Translations under genes and position numbers: made by a program
Origin: Candidatus Obscuribacter sp.
GTDB lineage: Bacteria; Cyanobacteriota; Vampirovibrionia; Obscuribacterales; Obscuribacteraceae
Assembly (NCBI GenBank): GCA_021772155.1
Contig: JADYXS010000383.1
Span: 1-57,000, forward strand
Direction of reading: 5' to 3'
Length of the DNA stretch: 57,000 nt
The notes under the pieces: model-generated
What the model saw: the letters and a program-made list of their open reading frames with translations, nothing else
Database searches by the model: none
Told to the model about the DNA's origin: nothing
Shown here: positions 15,885 to 25,305 of the stretch, piece after piece
Layout of the letters: every line of letters begins with the position of its first letter
How positions within the stretch are numbered: the first letter of the stretch is position 1

Positions 15885-16910
15885 TCATTCAGTTGCGAGA
15901 TCGCGCACCACTTTGGTAACGCCCGACGTAACGCGGGCGAGGTCGTCGTAATTGATTTTATCGGGGGTGTCCTCATTTGTGTGATAGTGCGGATACCGAT
16001 ACAGAGCTGTGTCTGTAACCATGATGCCTGGATATCCCACGCGCCAAAAACTTAGCTGATCCGAAAAGTCGACTCCGGACAAGTTGGCAGGACCTGCAAG
16101 TAACTCCGCTGGAAATTTCACAGCGCCGATGAACGAAGAAAGGCATTTCACAAGCAGCGGGTATGAGTCGACGTTTCCGACATATGCCACAAAATTTCCG
16201 GTCTTGGGATATAACATTCCTAGAACAGCAAGAGGAAAACGCTGAGTGTCTGGCTTATCGCTGTAGTAGCCGAGAGTTTCGAGCGACATCATTGCCACAA
16301 CGTTGTCCCCGCGATCTTTGCAAGCTTTTGCGTAGCGATAGCTGCCCATGTCATCGGTGTGAAAGAAGGGCGGTTCTTCATTGGTGAAAGCAACAAACCG
16401 AATGGTGCGCGGAAATTTCTCTTTAGCAAGTGCACTTGCAATTTCGAGCATTGCTGCAACTCCGCTTGCGTTGTCGTTGGCGCCTGGGGAGTCGTGAACG
16501 GCATCGTAATGAGCGCCAATAACAACGATTTCTGATGCTTTGGAGGTACCGGGAATTTCCACCACAATATTGGCAGTGCTCTGAGTTGCATGAGTAGCAC
16601 CGAACAGACCGTCGGCGGCATACCCGCTTACCGAGTATGTTTGCCGAGCCGGCGTGAATCCGGCATCGCCAAACCGCTCCTCAATGTACAGGGCAGCTTT
16701 CTCGAGCCCCCCAGGACTTCGGGGCAAGCTCCGTGCGCCAATGTCTCCGGCGAGCTTCTGAACATGACTGCGTAACTGCCCTGCCAGGTGTTGCTGTGCC
16801 GCGCTCAACGGCTGTGCCGGCCCTCTGTAAGACGGTGATTTACCAAACGCCGTCAGGCACCCAGCTAAGGCTGTGAGGGCTCCAATAGCGATAGCAAGTT
16901 TCTTCTTCAT
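15885..16910 (-). CDS. M28 family metallopeptidase (aminopeptidase-like), probable lipoprotein
   Basis: Lipobox-like signal MKKKLAIAIGALTALAGC. M28 metal-binding motifs VVIGAHYDAV and GANDNASGVAAMLEIA, plus FVAFTNEE and HYHTNEDT. AGGA lies 5 nt upstream of the ATG. Confidence 0.9.
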   Translation of the reverse strand: MKKKLAIAIGALTALAGCLTAFGKSPSYRGPAQPLSAAQQHLAGQLRSHVQKLAGDIGARSLPRSPGGLEKAALYIEERFGDAGFTPARQTYSVSGYAADGLFGATHATQSTANIVVEIPGTSKASEIVVIGAHYDAVHDSPGANDNASGVAAMLEIASALAKEKFPRTIRFVAFTNEEPPFFHTDDMGSYRYAKACKDRGDNVVAMMSLETLGYYSDKPDTQRFPLAVLGMLYPKTGNFVAYVGNVDSYPLLVKCLSSFIGAVKFPAELLAGPANLSGVDFSDQLSFWRVGYPGIMVTDTALYRYPHYHTNEDTPDKINYDDLARVTSGVTKVVRDLATE

Positions 16911-17131
16911 GAGTTCCTGATTTTATCAGAGGATTTAAGCTGAAAACTGCGTACTTTCAAGGAAATTCGACGGCTCTGTTGGTGCGAGTGTTTGCTGTCT
17001 GGAAATTAGCGCGTAGAATGTTATCCACTCAAGTCGAGACATGTACATAGATGATAGACGACGCAACGTCCGACATGTGTAACGGCAAACACCGTGGACC
17101 CATAATACACAGGGACCGCCAGACAACGGTG

Positions 17132-17284
17132 ATGAGGTGTTCTATGTGCAACCAGGTTTTTACGAGCCCAGGTACCATCCCAGAGAAGAAGTCGCAGCCT
17201 ACGTGCCTACAGAAATGCGATTGGGTCGCTGAAGGTCCAACTGTTTCCTGTCAGTCCTGTGGCTACAAAGGACCGTGTCCGTAG
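17132..17284 (+). CDS. possible small Cys-rich (zinc-ribbon-like) protein, 50 aa
   Basis: Internal ATG of track ORF 17051..17284. The product is MRCSMCNQVFTSPGTIPEKKSQPTCLQKCDWVAEGPTVSCQSCGYKGPCP, with CxxC ... CxxxC ... CxxC spacing. The SD is weak, so this is speculative. Confidence 0.3.
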   Translation: MRCSMCNQVFTSPGTIPEKKSQPTCLQKCDWVAEGPTVSCQSCGYKGPCP

Positions 17285-17576
17285 CAACACAGGCAGTTCG
17301 CGTCGCGGGAGCGCCGAAGTGTAGTCTGTAGCATTGACCCATCCCCGCAAAATCAATTGCAAACGTTATTACTCGCCAAATCCGGAATCGAACTTCTATC
17401 AATTCGGCGCGCGCGACAATGTTTACTACTGTGGTGCCGGCTTTTATCCCTGTGGATCGATCGCTGGCACGCCAGGCTATATGTGTGCACAGCAGCTTAT
17501 TAGACGATACAGCCAGAGGACACCTGATAAATCTCATTGACTATGACTGTTGTTATCTCTTTGATGCGCTTCAGCA

Positions 17577-19316
17577 TCACACTTGTTGGGACATACTCTT
17601 GAGTTTCGCGACAACGGCTTCCATTTGACGTCTAATGTTTTCCAGCTCCGCCTGTCCGAGGGTGGAAACTCGCGCTTTCAAATTGACGATATTGGACTGA
17701 TATGCACCAAGTTTTTCCGGGGGAAGGAGCGCACTATACTTGGCGAGGGCATGCTCAGCGTCGGCAAGAGCTGTTTCCGCCAGCACTTGTGCAGCGATCA
17801 AATTTTGCATCTGCTCTTCTTCGGCCGCCTGACGGCTCTCTTCGTCAGCGAACTTCTTCACTTGTTCTTTGCTGAATCCGGTAGTTCGTTTCAGCTCTAT
17901 GCTCTTCTCCTCTCCAGTTGCCTGATCGCGCGCGGTGCAAAAGAAGATGCCGTCCACATCAATGTCGAACGTAACTTCTATCTGTGGCACATTAGCGTCT
18001 GCTTTGGGAATGTCGCCGATCGTGACGTCCGCGAGCGAAATATTCTCGCTCGCCTTCTGGCTTTCTCCTTGCACCACATGCAGTTTGATGGAGGTCTGCC
18101 CGTTGGCATTAGTGCTAAACACGCGCTTGCGATTCACCGGAATCGCAGTGTTTTTCTCAATGATTTTGCCGAACTTCCCTCCAGGTTCCTCTACACCCAA
18201 ACTCATCGGCACCACATCCAGAAGTAACACCGATTGAATTTCCCCAGTGAGGATTCCACCTTGTATCGCGGCCCCAATTGAAACGGCCTCGTCCGGATTC
18301 ACGGATTTCGCCGGTTCTTTCTGGAAGTATCCTTTGATAAACTCTTGCACCGCAGGTATTCGCGTAGAGCCTCCCACAAGTACCACATAGTCGATCTGTT
18401 CAGCGTCCATCTTCGCGTCCTTTAACGCAGTTTCGATTGGTAGAGCTGTGCTCTTTACGAGATCGGCTGTGATTGTGTTGAATTCCTGCCTCGTTAGAAC
18501 ATCATCGAAATGCACAGGATCTCCGCTGCGATAATCCAGGAACGGCAACTGAATTGCGCTTGATGTTATCCCCGAGAGTTCTACTTTGACTTTTTCCGCA
18601 GATTCTTTTATTCGTTGCGATACCACGGACGTGTTGCTCAAGTCGAAGCCGTTACCTGCTTTAAACTTCGCATATATCCAATCCATGATGCGCCGGTCGA
18701 AATCGTCACCGCCAAGCTGATTGTTGCCGTTTGTCGCTTTGACTTGCAACACCTGCTCGGCGAACTGCAAAATGGTAACATCGAAGGTGCCACCACCAAA
18801 GTCGAAGATGACTATGTTGGCTTCTTGGCTAAGTTTGTTCAATCCATAGGCTAAAGCGGAAGCTGTAGGCTCGTTGATTATTCTAACGACGTCCAGTCCG
18901 GCAATTTCCCCGGCATGACGTGTAGCTAAGCGCTGCGAATCATCGTAATAGGCTGGAACGGTGATAATTGCTTTGGTTATCTTTTCCCCGAGGTAAGTCT
19001 GGGCCTGCGTTTTTAACTTTTGCAAAATGGCCGCAGAAATCTGCTCAGGCGAGAACGACCGGTGTTGTATCTGCAGACGGTAGTCCGTTCCCATATGTCG
19101 CTTTATGGATTGGATTGTTCTGTCCGGATTTTTGATGGCCTGTCTTTTGGCAACTTCCCCGACAGTTCGGTTGGCTTGGTCATCGAAAGCGACGATAGAA
19201 GGGGTTGTTCGACCGCCTTCTGCATTGGGAATGACAATCGGATGCCCGCCTTCCACGACGGATATGCAAGAATTGGTTGTCCCCAAGTCAATGCCTAATA
19301 TTTTGTTCTCAGCCAT
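17577..19316 (-). CDS. Hsp70 family chaperone (DnaK paralog, 579 aa)
   Basis: ILGIDLGTTNSCISVVEGG, RTTPSIVAF, IINEPTASALAYG, DFGGGTFDVTIL, VVLVGGSTRIPAVQ, and substrate-binding-domain motifs LLLDVVPMSLGVE and PQIEVTFDIDVDGI. GAGG lies 6 nt upstream of the ATG. It is shorter than canonical DnaK, with a divergent lid and tail. No grpE or dnaJ is adjacent. Confidence 0.93.
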   Translation of the reverse strand: MAENKILGIDLGTTNSCISVVEGGHPIVIPNAEGGRTTPSIVAFDDQANRTVGEVAKRQAIKNPDRTIQSIKRHMGTDYRLQIQHRSFSPEQISAAILQKLKTQAQTYLGEKITKAIITVPAYYDDSQRLATRHAGEIAGLDVVRIINEPTASALAYGLNKLSQEANIVIFDFGGGTFDVTILQFAEQVLQVKATNGNNQLGGDDFDRRIMDWIYAKFKAGNGFDLSNTSVVSQRIKESAEKVKVELSGITSSAIQLPFLDYRSGDPVHFDDVLTRQEFNTITADLVKSTALPIETALKDAKMDAEQIDYVVLVGGSTRIPAVQEFIKGYFQKEPAKSVNPDEAVSIGAAIQGGILTGEIQSVLLLDVVPMSLGVEEPGGKFGKIIEKNTAIPVNRKRVFSTNANGQTSIKLHVVQGESQKASENISLADVTIGDIPKADANVPQIEVTFDIDVDGIFFCTARDQATGEEKSIELKRTTGFSKEQVKKFADEESRQAAEEEQMQNLIAAQVLAETALADAEHALAKYSALLPPEKLGAYQSNIVNLKARVSTLGQAELENIRRQMEAVVAKLKSMSQQV

Positions 19317-19627
19317 TGATACCTCAAAGGATGAGAGAGGGGTCCTTACTATGTTACCTCAATTAACACAGGCAATCGCTATGACCGAAGTTGAAGAGTA
19401 CCATTTAACGCAAACTTTGCCGTGTCAGTCCCAGGATGCGGCGTCTGTACGATGGGTTGTCGCGTCATTCGATTGGTGACATCGAAGCCGAAGATAACTC
19501 TGAGGTGTCAAATGAGAGTAGGTCGGTGTGAAGTGAGCCATGTTCAGGACTGAGCACTCTATGTCGGCCCGATGAATCTTATTGAGAATGCAGCAAAGCC
19601 TAATGCGTTTGCTGAGAATTGGTGGAT

Positions 19628-20971
19628 CTATCCAACGATCGATGCTTCAGTGGGAAGTCTTTTTGACCGACACGCTTCCACAAACAGCCGGTAGTCGGAG
19701 TTTGTTTGTTCCGCATACGAAAGCGCGTAACTGGACATTGAGTTTGCAAATTTGTCACCGGTTCCCAGATACTCCGTGATTGCCTTCGCTTCTGCAGACT
19801 TTGCATGAGCCTTGGCCAATACTTTTCCGGCAAACATTGCTAGGTCCAACAGCGAAGATTTGGTCCACATGGCAGGATTTGGCGACATCTTCACGTCACG
19901 GAGCTGACGTAGGTAGAAGTGCCGTTCGTTTTTTCCCGTGGTCCAGCCCAAAAACATGTCGCTTGCAGATTGCATTATCCTCTGTCCGATTACTACGCGC
20001 TTTCCGTGATTTTCGAATTCACTCGCTGCAAGATACGGCTCAAGGACGGATTTCCGCGCCTCCTTCACTTGAAGTACGAGCAAATCGTCACTATCACTGA
20101 CCAACAAGAGGACGCCGCAGTATGTTCCGACACTGCCTGTTCCGACGACTTTCCTTGCTATGTCTGCGATCTCGAAGTGCTGCAAAAGACGTTGCCTGTC
20201 TGCCGGAAGTGATTGAAGATAAAGGTCAAAGGCTTTGCGCACATTCTTCATCTCGATATCCGGCATGTGATACAGCAGTGGTGGCATCTCTTTGAAACGC
20301 CACGTGCCAGCCTTTTTCTCAATCAACTTTTGGTGCAGTACATCCGGATGTGATTTGATGAGTTCTTTGCTCAGAACCTTCTTGACTCTTTCTCGATCTT
20401 CCCTTTTTGAAGCGTTGGCAACAAGCGTTTGGAATTCGAGCCTTGAGTACCACACATCGAGCAGCCTTTCCTTGGCATGCTTTGCCATTTCTCGTTGGTA
20501 CGAGCGTGTCAATTCAAAGGCGGCCTTTTCGCCCAATCTTGCGGGCATGCCAACAGAGTTCGCGGCTATCACCAAACTGGCAGCCATGCGTTTTACATCC
20601 CATTCGAACGGTCCCGGGTGTGTTTCATCAAAATCATTGATGTCGATAATAATATTTCGTTCCGGCGTTGCGAATGCCCCGAAGTTGAGTATGTGGCAGT
20701 CTCCACAACTCTGAACTGTGATACCGGAGTGCGCCTCTGCCGCCAGATCGTTTGCCATTAATGCGGCGGCCCCGCGATAAAACGTGAAGGGGGTAGCCAT
20801 CATCCGGCTATGCCTGATCGGCACAAGTTGCTGATCGCGTCCTTCATTCGTCTGGTCAATGATTTCCACCGGATCTCTTTTGCTGCCGGCCGTTTTCAGT
20901 TTTGGTCCTTTCTTGGACGCTGCACCCTGCAGCATCTTGTCTTTTTTTTGTGACCGTTCTTTTGTCGTCAC
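19628..20971 (-). CDS. DUF2252 domain-containing protein
   Basis: Family-typical block: FTFYRGAAALMANDLAAEAHSGITVQSCGDCHILNFGAFATPERNIIIDINDFDETHPGPFEWDVKRMAASLVIAA. GTG start. Confidence 0.85.
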   Translation of the reverse strand: MTTKERSQKKDKMLQGAASKKGPKLKTAGSKRDPVEIIDQTNEGRDQQLVPIRHSRMMATPFTFYRGAAALMANDLAAEAHSGITVQSCGDCHILNFGAFATPERNIIIDINDFDETHPGPFEWDVKRMAASLVIAANSVGMPARLGEKAAFELTRSYQREMAKHAKERLLDVWYSRLEFQTLVANASKREDRERVKKVLSKELIKSHPDVLHQKLIEKKAGTWRFKEMPPLLYHMPDIEMKNVRKAFDLYLQSLPADRQRLLQHFEIADIARKVVGTGSVGTYCGVLLLVSDSDDLLVLQVKEARKSVLEPYLAASEFENHGKRVVIGQRIMQSASDMFLGWTTGKNERHFYLRQLRDVKMSPNPAMWTKSSLLDLAMFAGKVLAKAHAKSAEAKAITEYLGTGDKFANSMSSYALSYAEQTNSDYRLFVEACRSKRLPTEASIVG

Positions 20972-21085
20972 TGGTAGATTTACTTCCTTCGTTCATTCGT
21001 TGAAGCGGTTGTTGAATTGAATCGGCATTGCCAGATGTACCCGGTTTGGCTGTAGTCAACGCAGGCTGTTGTCGCTGCGGCCGAT

Positions 21086-21880
21086 CTACGGACCGGTGTC
21101 AGCGTTGTACCGCGCCTGGTTCGCGTCCTGACGCGCTCGATTGGCGCACTGGCGCGCCTGACTGGCATATCCACGAGCTTGTGAATCTCCGGAATAAGCC
21201 GCGGATTCTGCTCGCTGAGCGGCGTAACTGGCATTGTTTGCGGCATACTCGGCCTGGCTGGCGTCGTTTTTCCGATTCCACCGGTCTTTGTCATAGCGTG
21301 CCCGGTTTGCTGCGTTTCGCGCTTTGTTGGCTTCGTTTTGTGCGGTTTGGTAATTGGAGTAGGCCGTGCTGCTACCGCCCGATGAGCCGCCGCTTGGCCC
21401 CGGAGCAAAGCCTCCGCCACCGGATTGTGGCGTGCCGCCTTCCAAGAAGACGCGCAACATTTCCTGGCGTGATACGGATGGCAAGAGTCCATTCATCGTC
21501 GGTGCCGGCTGGGCAAGCGACTGCTGAGCCTGAGCCATGCCTTGCTGCGGTTGAGACATCATCCTTCCCGCCGGGGTTTGGCTCCAGATAGAAGTTACCT
21601 GCTGCGCAAGCTGTCTCGCGTCGGCGTCGCTGGCCTGAGTGTTGTACTGGTGCGTCGGTCGCGAATACTGCATGTTATGCGACGTCTGGCTCAAACCGGA
21701 AAATCCGGTATTAAATGAGTTGTTGGTTTGTCGTCCACCGATGCCGGAGTTGTAGCTTCGCTGACTTGCGTTGCTGTAAGAACGGAAGCCAAAATTAGGA
21801 TAACCGGCTGTTTGCGCTTGCACCGAAGTGGCAGTCGTGCCCAGCAGTAAAAGAGCCGCGATAGCAGTCACCACTTTCAT
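21086..21880 (-). CDS. secreted low-complexity Q/N/S/G-rich protein
   Basis: Signal peptide MKVVTAIAALLLLGTTATSVQAQ, then Q/N/S-rich sequence, a GGGGFAPGPSGGSSGGSS tract, and a C-terminal AN/AR-rich helical-looking segment (NEANKARNAANRARYDKDRWNRKNDASQAEYAANNASYAAQRAESAAY). Confidence 0.7.
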   Translation of the reverse strand: MKVVTAIAALLLLGTTATSVQAQTAGYPNFGFRSYSNASQRSYNSGIGGRQTNNSFNTGFSGLSQTSHNMQYSRPTHQYNTQASDADARQLAQQVTSIWSQTPAGRMMSQPQQGMAQAQQSLAQPAPTMNGLLPSVSRQEMLRVFLEGGTPQSGGGGFAPGPSGGSSGGSSTAYSNYQTAQNEANKARNAANRARYDKDRWNRKNDASQAEYAANNASYAAQRAESAAYSGDSQARGYASQARQCANRARQDANQARYNADTGP

Positions 21881-21901
21881 TGCATCTTACCTATGGCAGC
21901 A

Positions 21902-22858
21902 CTAGCGTTTAACACGTTGTACCTCTAGCGCGTCGGTGTCGTTCACGGCGACTCCGTCTAAGCTGCGATGAGTGGACTGCCAGATGAATTCGTCAGTGGT
22001 TTTTAGAGTGAACACATTGCTAGCTCTGGTATTGCTGCCGTCGGCGCCCACTCCGACCACGTTGACCGTCCATTGATTCTCTCCTGGTCGCTTGGTCCAT
22101 GTGCCACTGCCGAAGCCACCATTACTGTCGAAATGCCAGGACACCATGTTGTTATTTTGTGGATCCCATCCGATTACTTGACTGTCGGTTTGTGGATCGT
22201 TGCCGTTCTTATTCAAAATGCATTTAGAAACTATGAACTTTTTTCCTGGTGCCCATTCGACATTCATACGCGCTGAAGCGTTCGGTTTGTCAACTTGCCA
22301 GTCGCCGATGAGCCAGCTCAAGTCGCGCAAATGGCTCTCCGTCTGAGCCTTCTGCATGATTGTTTCAGTGAGCTCGTTGATCAGCCAATGGCTCCCGTGT
22401 TTCACCATCAGCATAGAAAAACGAGTTGCAGGCAGATCCTCTTGGTCATGTTTGCGACTGACGACGCCAACCACAAGTGCAACATTGCTCGCCGGAAAAC
22501 TAGTTTTCTCCGGATGGAGACCAAGTACTCGGACTGCCTCGCCCTTGAAGAGCTGGGCAAATCGATCTTGCAGGGCGGCGCGTCCACTAGTTTCGTCGCC
22601 GGCGTGGTCAATAAAGGTGCTGTCTTCCGCAAAGAGCACCCCTACTTTCTCCGCGTTTTTCGAATTGATAGCTTGCTCTAGTGCGATCAGGACATCGCGG
22701 ATTTCAATTTCTTGTTGATTATCTGCCGGGCTATTTTCTTTCAGGCTCTTGGAAGCGGCTTTCGCTGCCTTTCCCGTCGTTTGGCAGTGAGCGCCTAATC
22801 CAGGCAGCACAAGCCCGAGAGCAACTACAATCAATGCCGCTTTCCAAGTTTTGATCAT
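21902..22858 (-). CDS. secreted SnoaL-like/DUF4440 (NTF2-fold) domain protein with a second beta-rich domain
   Basis: Signal peptide MIKTWKAALIVVALGLVLPGLGAHC. The N-domain EIRDVLIALEQAINSKNAEKVGVLFAEDSTFIDHAGDETSGRAALQDRF is typical of SgcJ/EcaC-type NTF2-like proteins. AAGGA SD. Its stop is 21 nt upstream of the start of the next gene. Confidence 0.7.
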   Translation of the reverse strand: MIKTWKAALIVVALGLVLPGLGAHCQTTGKAAKAASKSLKENSPADNQQEIEIRDVLIALEQAINSKNAEKVGVLFAEDSTFIDHAGDETSGRAALQDRFAQLFKGEAVRVLGLHPEKTSFPASNVALVVGVVSRKHDQEDLPATRFSMLMVKHGSHWLINELTETIMQKAQTESHLRDLSWLIGDWQVDKPNASARMNVEWAPGKKFIVSKCILNKNGNDPQTDSQVIGWDPQNNNMVSWHFDSNGGFGSGTWTKRPGENQWTVNVVGVGADGSNTRASNVFTLKTTDEFIWQSTHRSLDGVAVNDTDALEVQRVKR

Positions 22859-23156
22859 CTTGAGTCCTTCTTGCCATTGCTAAATCGACAGTTAGGATCG
22901 TCTAACTGACACGCTTTTGCCATCCTTGAGCACCGTCACAGGTACTTGCCAACGCGGACGTGGCTGGCCATGAACGCGAACTCAATATCATACTAAAATC
23001 TTGAGTTCATCATATGCAAAAGTTTTTGAAATGACTCGTGTCCAATGAAGTTATCGAATCTCCTTGCCGATTGATAAAGTCTGCCCGCCTGATTATCGAT
23101 TCGGTCTAGAAAACGATCTCAGCGGTAAAATAGAATCGGGCTGCTTGGTAAATGTG

Positions 23157-24326
23157 ATGAATTCTCAGAACAACAAAATTGTCGTTGGCGTTGGTGTATT
23201 TGTCTTCTTTCTTTGTGTAGCCGCCTATTCGTCAATGCGAATAGGGGAGCAGTTAAGACTGGCAGACGGGCCATCAGGCACACCGTTCTATTACTACGGT
23301 TATATGGACAAAACCGGAAAACCGGTTATTCCGCCGAAATACCTGGAGGCGGGCGAGTTCTCCGAAGGTTTGGCTCGTGTCAAAATCGGTAATCATTACG
23401 GTTACATCGACAAATCAGGGAAGGTAGTAATTCAGCCGAAATATGATTACAGTGCATGTTCCTTCCACAATGGGATGGCGCTTGTCCTTATGTCCGAAAG
23501 TCGTGGTGAAGGACTCGATGCCGGGTTTATCGACCGCACAGGAAAACTGTTAAGCAAACCGTCCTTTTCTTCCACGGGTGCGTTTTCCAAGGAAGGGTTG
23601 GCACCAGCTACAGCAGGAGGGAGCGAAGAATCTCCCCTGTACGGGTTCATTGATAAGCAGGGCAATTTCGTTATCAAGCCTCAGTTTGAGGACGCTTCCG
23701 ATTTTGCCGACGGGCTTGCGCCTATAAGCGTCGGTAAAAAATGGGGATACGTCGATGCTGCAGGAACGGTCGTGATACCACCACAGTTTGAGGCGTCTGA
23801 AACTGGCCAGTTTTCAGAAGGAATGGCTAAGATTGAAAAGGGTGATAAGTACGGTTACATAGACAAGACTGGCAAAATAGTTATTGAACCGCAATTCGAT
23901 CACGAACGACCATTTGAAGGAATGATGTTTGATCACAGTGCGGACTCATTCCACGAGGGGCTCGCACGTTTTGAAAAGAAGGGGCTGTGCGGATTTCTGG
24001 ATAAGACTGGAAAAACTGTCATTGATCCTAAATACGTAGATGCAGGTGAATTCGCCGACGGGTTTGCCTACGTGCGCGTCGGCAATAAATATGGATACAT
24101 CGACAAATCCGGAAACATGGTGATCTCGCCGCAGTTTGATTCCGCAGGAGACTTCAGTGACGGACTGGCGCGAGTTAGCAGAAGAGCCCCTTTCTCGCCT
24201 TCTTCTACCTACGAATATATTGACAAGACTGGCAAGCTCGCTATCAAAATGGAATACAGTGACTGCTCAGACTTTTCCGACGGTCTGGCAAGGATCGGGG
24301 TTGTAGAACTTAAGGCCGGCAAGTAA
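23157..24326 (+). CDS. WG (KWG) repeat-containing protein with an N-terminal membrane anchor
   Basis: About ten repeats of the pattern YGYIDKTGKxVIxPxFdxAxxFSEGLA. ATG at 23157 (MNSQNNKIVVGVGVFVFFLCVAAY). The track start at 23064 is a TTG. Confidence 0.88.
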   Translation: MNSQNNKIVVGVGVFVFFLCVAAYSSMRIGEQLRLADGPSGTPFYYYGYMDKTGKPVIPPKYLEAGEFSEGLARVKIGNHYGYIDKSGKVVIQPKYDYSACSFHNGMALVLMSESRGEGLDAGFIDRTGKLLSKPSFSSTGAFSKEGLAPATAGGSEESPLYGFIDKQGNFVIKPQFEDASDFADGLAPISVGKKWGYVDAAGTVVIPPQFEASETGQFSEGMAKIEKGDKYGYIDKTGKIVIEPQFDHERPFEGMMFDHSADSFHEGLARFEKKGLCGFLDKTGKTVIDPKYVDAGEFADGFAYVRVGNKYGYIDKSGNMVISPQFDSAGDFSDGLARVSRRAPFSPSSTYEYIDKTGKLAIKMEYSDCSDFSDGLARIGVVELKAGK

Positions 24327-24897
24327 ACGCTGAATCCATGCCCAATTTGTGCTCAACAGTGCAATTCCATTCGCTCGCCAGCATTGCGAACACCACATCG
24401 TCAACCCATCTATCTTTGAACCAAAGGCTTTGAACAAAGTGTCCTTCCTTTCGCAAACCAATTCGCTCCATAAGGGTCGATGATGGCAGATTGGAAGGAT
24501 CTACCGAAGCAAAGACTCGATGTTTGCAAAGTGTGCCGAAGAGTAAGCTGAGGACGGCTTTGAGGGCTTCAGTTGCGTATCCGTTGGATTGCGACGAGGG
24601 AGCTATGGTAATTCCAATCTCTGCTATGCGGGGATCTGTCTCAAGAATGTGAATGCCGCAGTCGCCAATTAAGCTGCCTCCAGCTTGCAGTGTGATCCCG
24701 ATTTGATACCAACCAGTTGTGTTGAATTCCGCTGTCGACATGTCCTTGATGAAGGATGCTACTTCATGGAGTGACTGTGGTTCCCAGGATTGGTACCGGG
24801 TAACCTGCGGATGAGAGCGATAGGCGAACATTGCTTCAGCGTCGTCGGGCAGAAGACAACGAAGACGCAACCTATCAGTCAGAATTTCTTGGAACAT
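24310..24897 (-). CDS. GNAT family N-acetyltransferase (RimJ/RimL-like)
   Basis: LTDRLRLRCLLPDDAEAMFAY..., IGDCGIHILETDPRIAEIGITIAPSSQSNGYATEALKAVL, and LMERIGLRKEGHF.. with DDVVFAML. Its 3' end overlaps the convergent WG-repeat gene by 17 nt. Confidence 0.88.
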   Translation of the reverse strand: MFQEILTDRLRLRCLLPDDAEAMFAYRSHPQVTRYQSWEPQSLHEVASFIKDMSTAEFNTTGWYQIGITLQAGGSLIGDCGIHILETDPRIAEIGITIAPSSQSNGYATEALKAVLSLLFGTLCKHRVFASVDPSNLPSSTLMERIGLRKEGHFVQSLWFKDRWVDDVVFAMLASEWNCTVEHKLGMDSAFTCRP

Positions 24898-25305
24898 GGT
24901 TCAATCACATCAATGTTTGGGAACAGCATAGATTCGCGGCATCTCGGAATCGTGATTGTAGCAGCAGTTCTCAGCCCGCAGGAACAGGCTCCCACAGAGC
25001 CCTGATGCGATTTCTGGTGAAACGAAAGGTGGCCGAAGTTTCTCGATCAGTTGCGGTTATCTGGTATTGGAGCTATCGAACCGGCTGGACGGCTGTAGAG
25101 CCCCGCTCCGGCGCTTTTATGGTGCAACTTCCAGGCTGCGATACTTAGGAAAACATTCAAAATGACGGCGGATGTCAAGAGTGGGTGGAGAATAGCGCAC
25201 ACGGTAACTATCAATGACTACTTGGTTGGGCGTTTTTGTATAAAATTCACGATGAACGCAGGGGATGTGGGCAACAAACATCCGGAAGTCGAAAGGGGGC
25301 AGTTG

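Noticed and set aside
19551-19559. TGAGCACTC upstream of the Hsp70 gene resembles one half of a CIRCE/HrcA operator (TTAGCACTC-N9-GAGTGCTAA).
   Set aside because: The second half-site is absent 9 nt downstream (the sequence is CCGATGAAT). The site is also >230 nt from the start codon.
24310-24326. A 17-nt overlap of the convergent WG-repeat and GNAT genes, and a 4-nt TTAA stop-codon overlap of convergent genes at 41238-41241.
   Set aside because: Short 3'-end overlaps of convergent genes are common in compact genomes, and I see no extra structure there.
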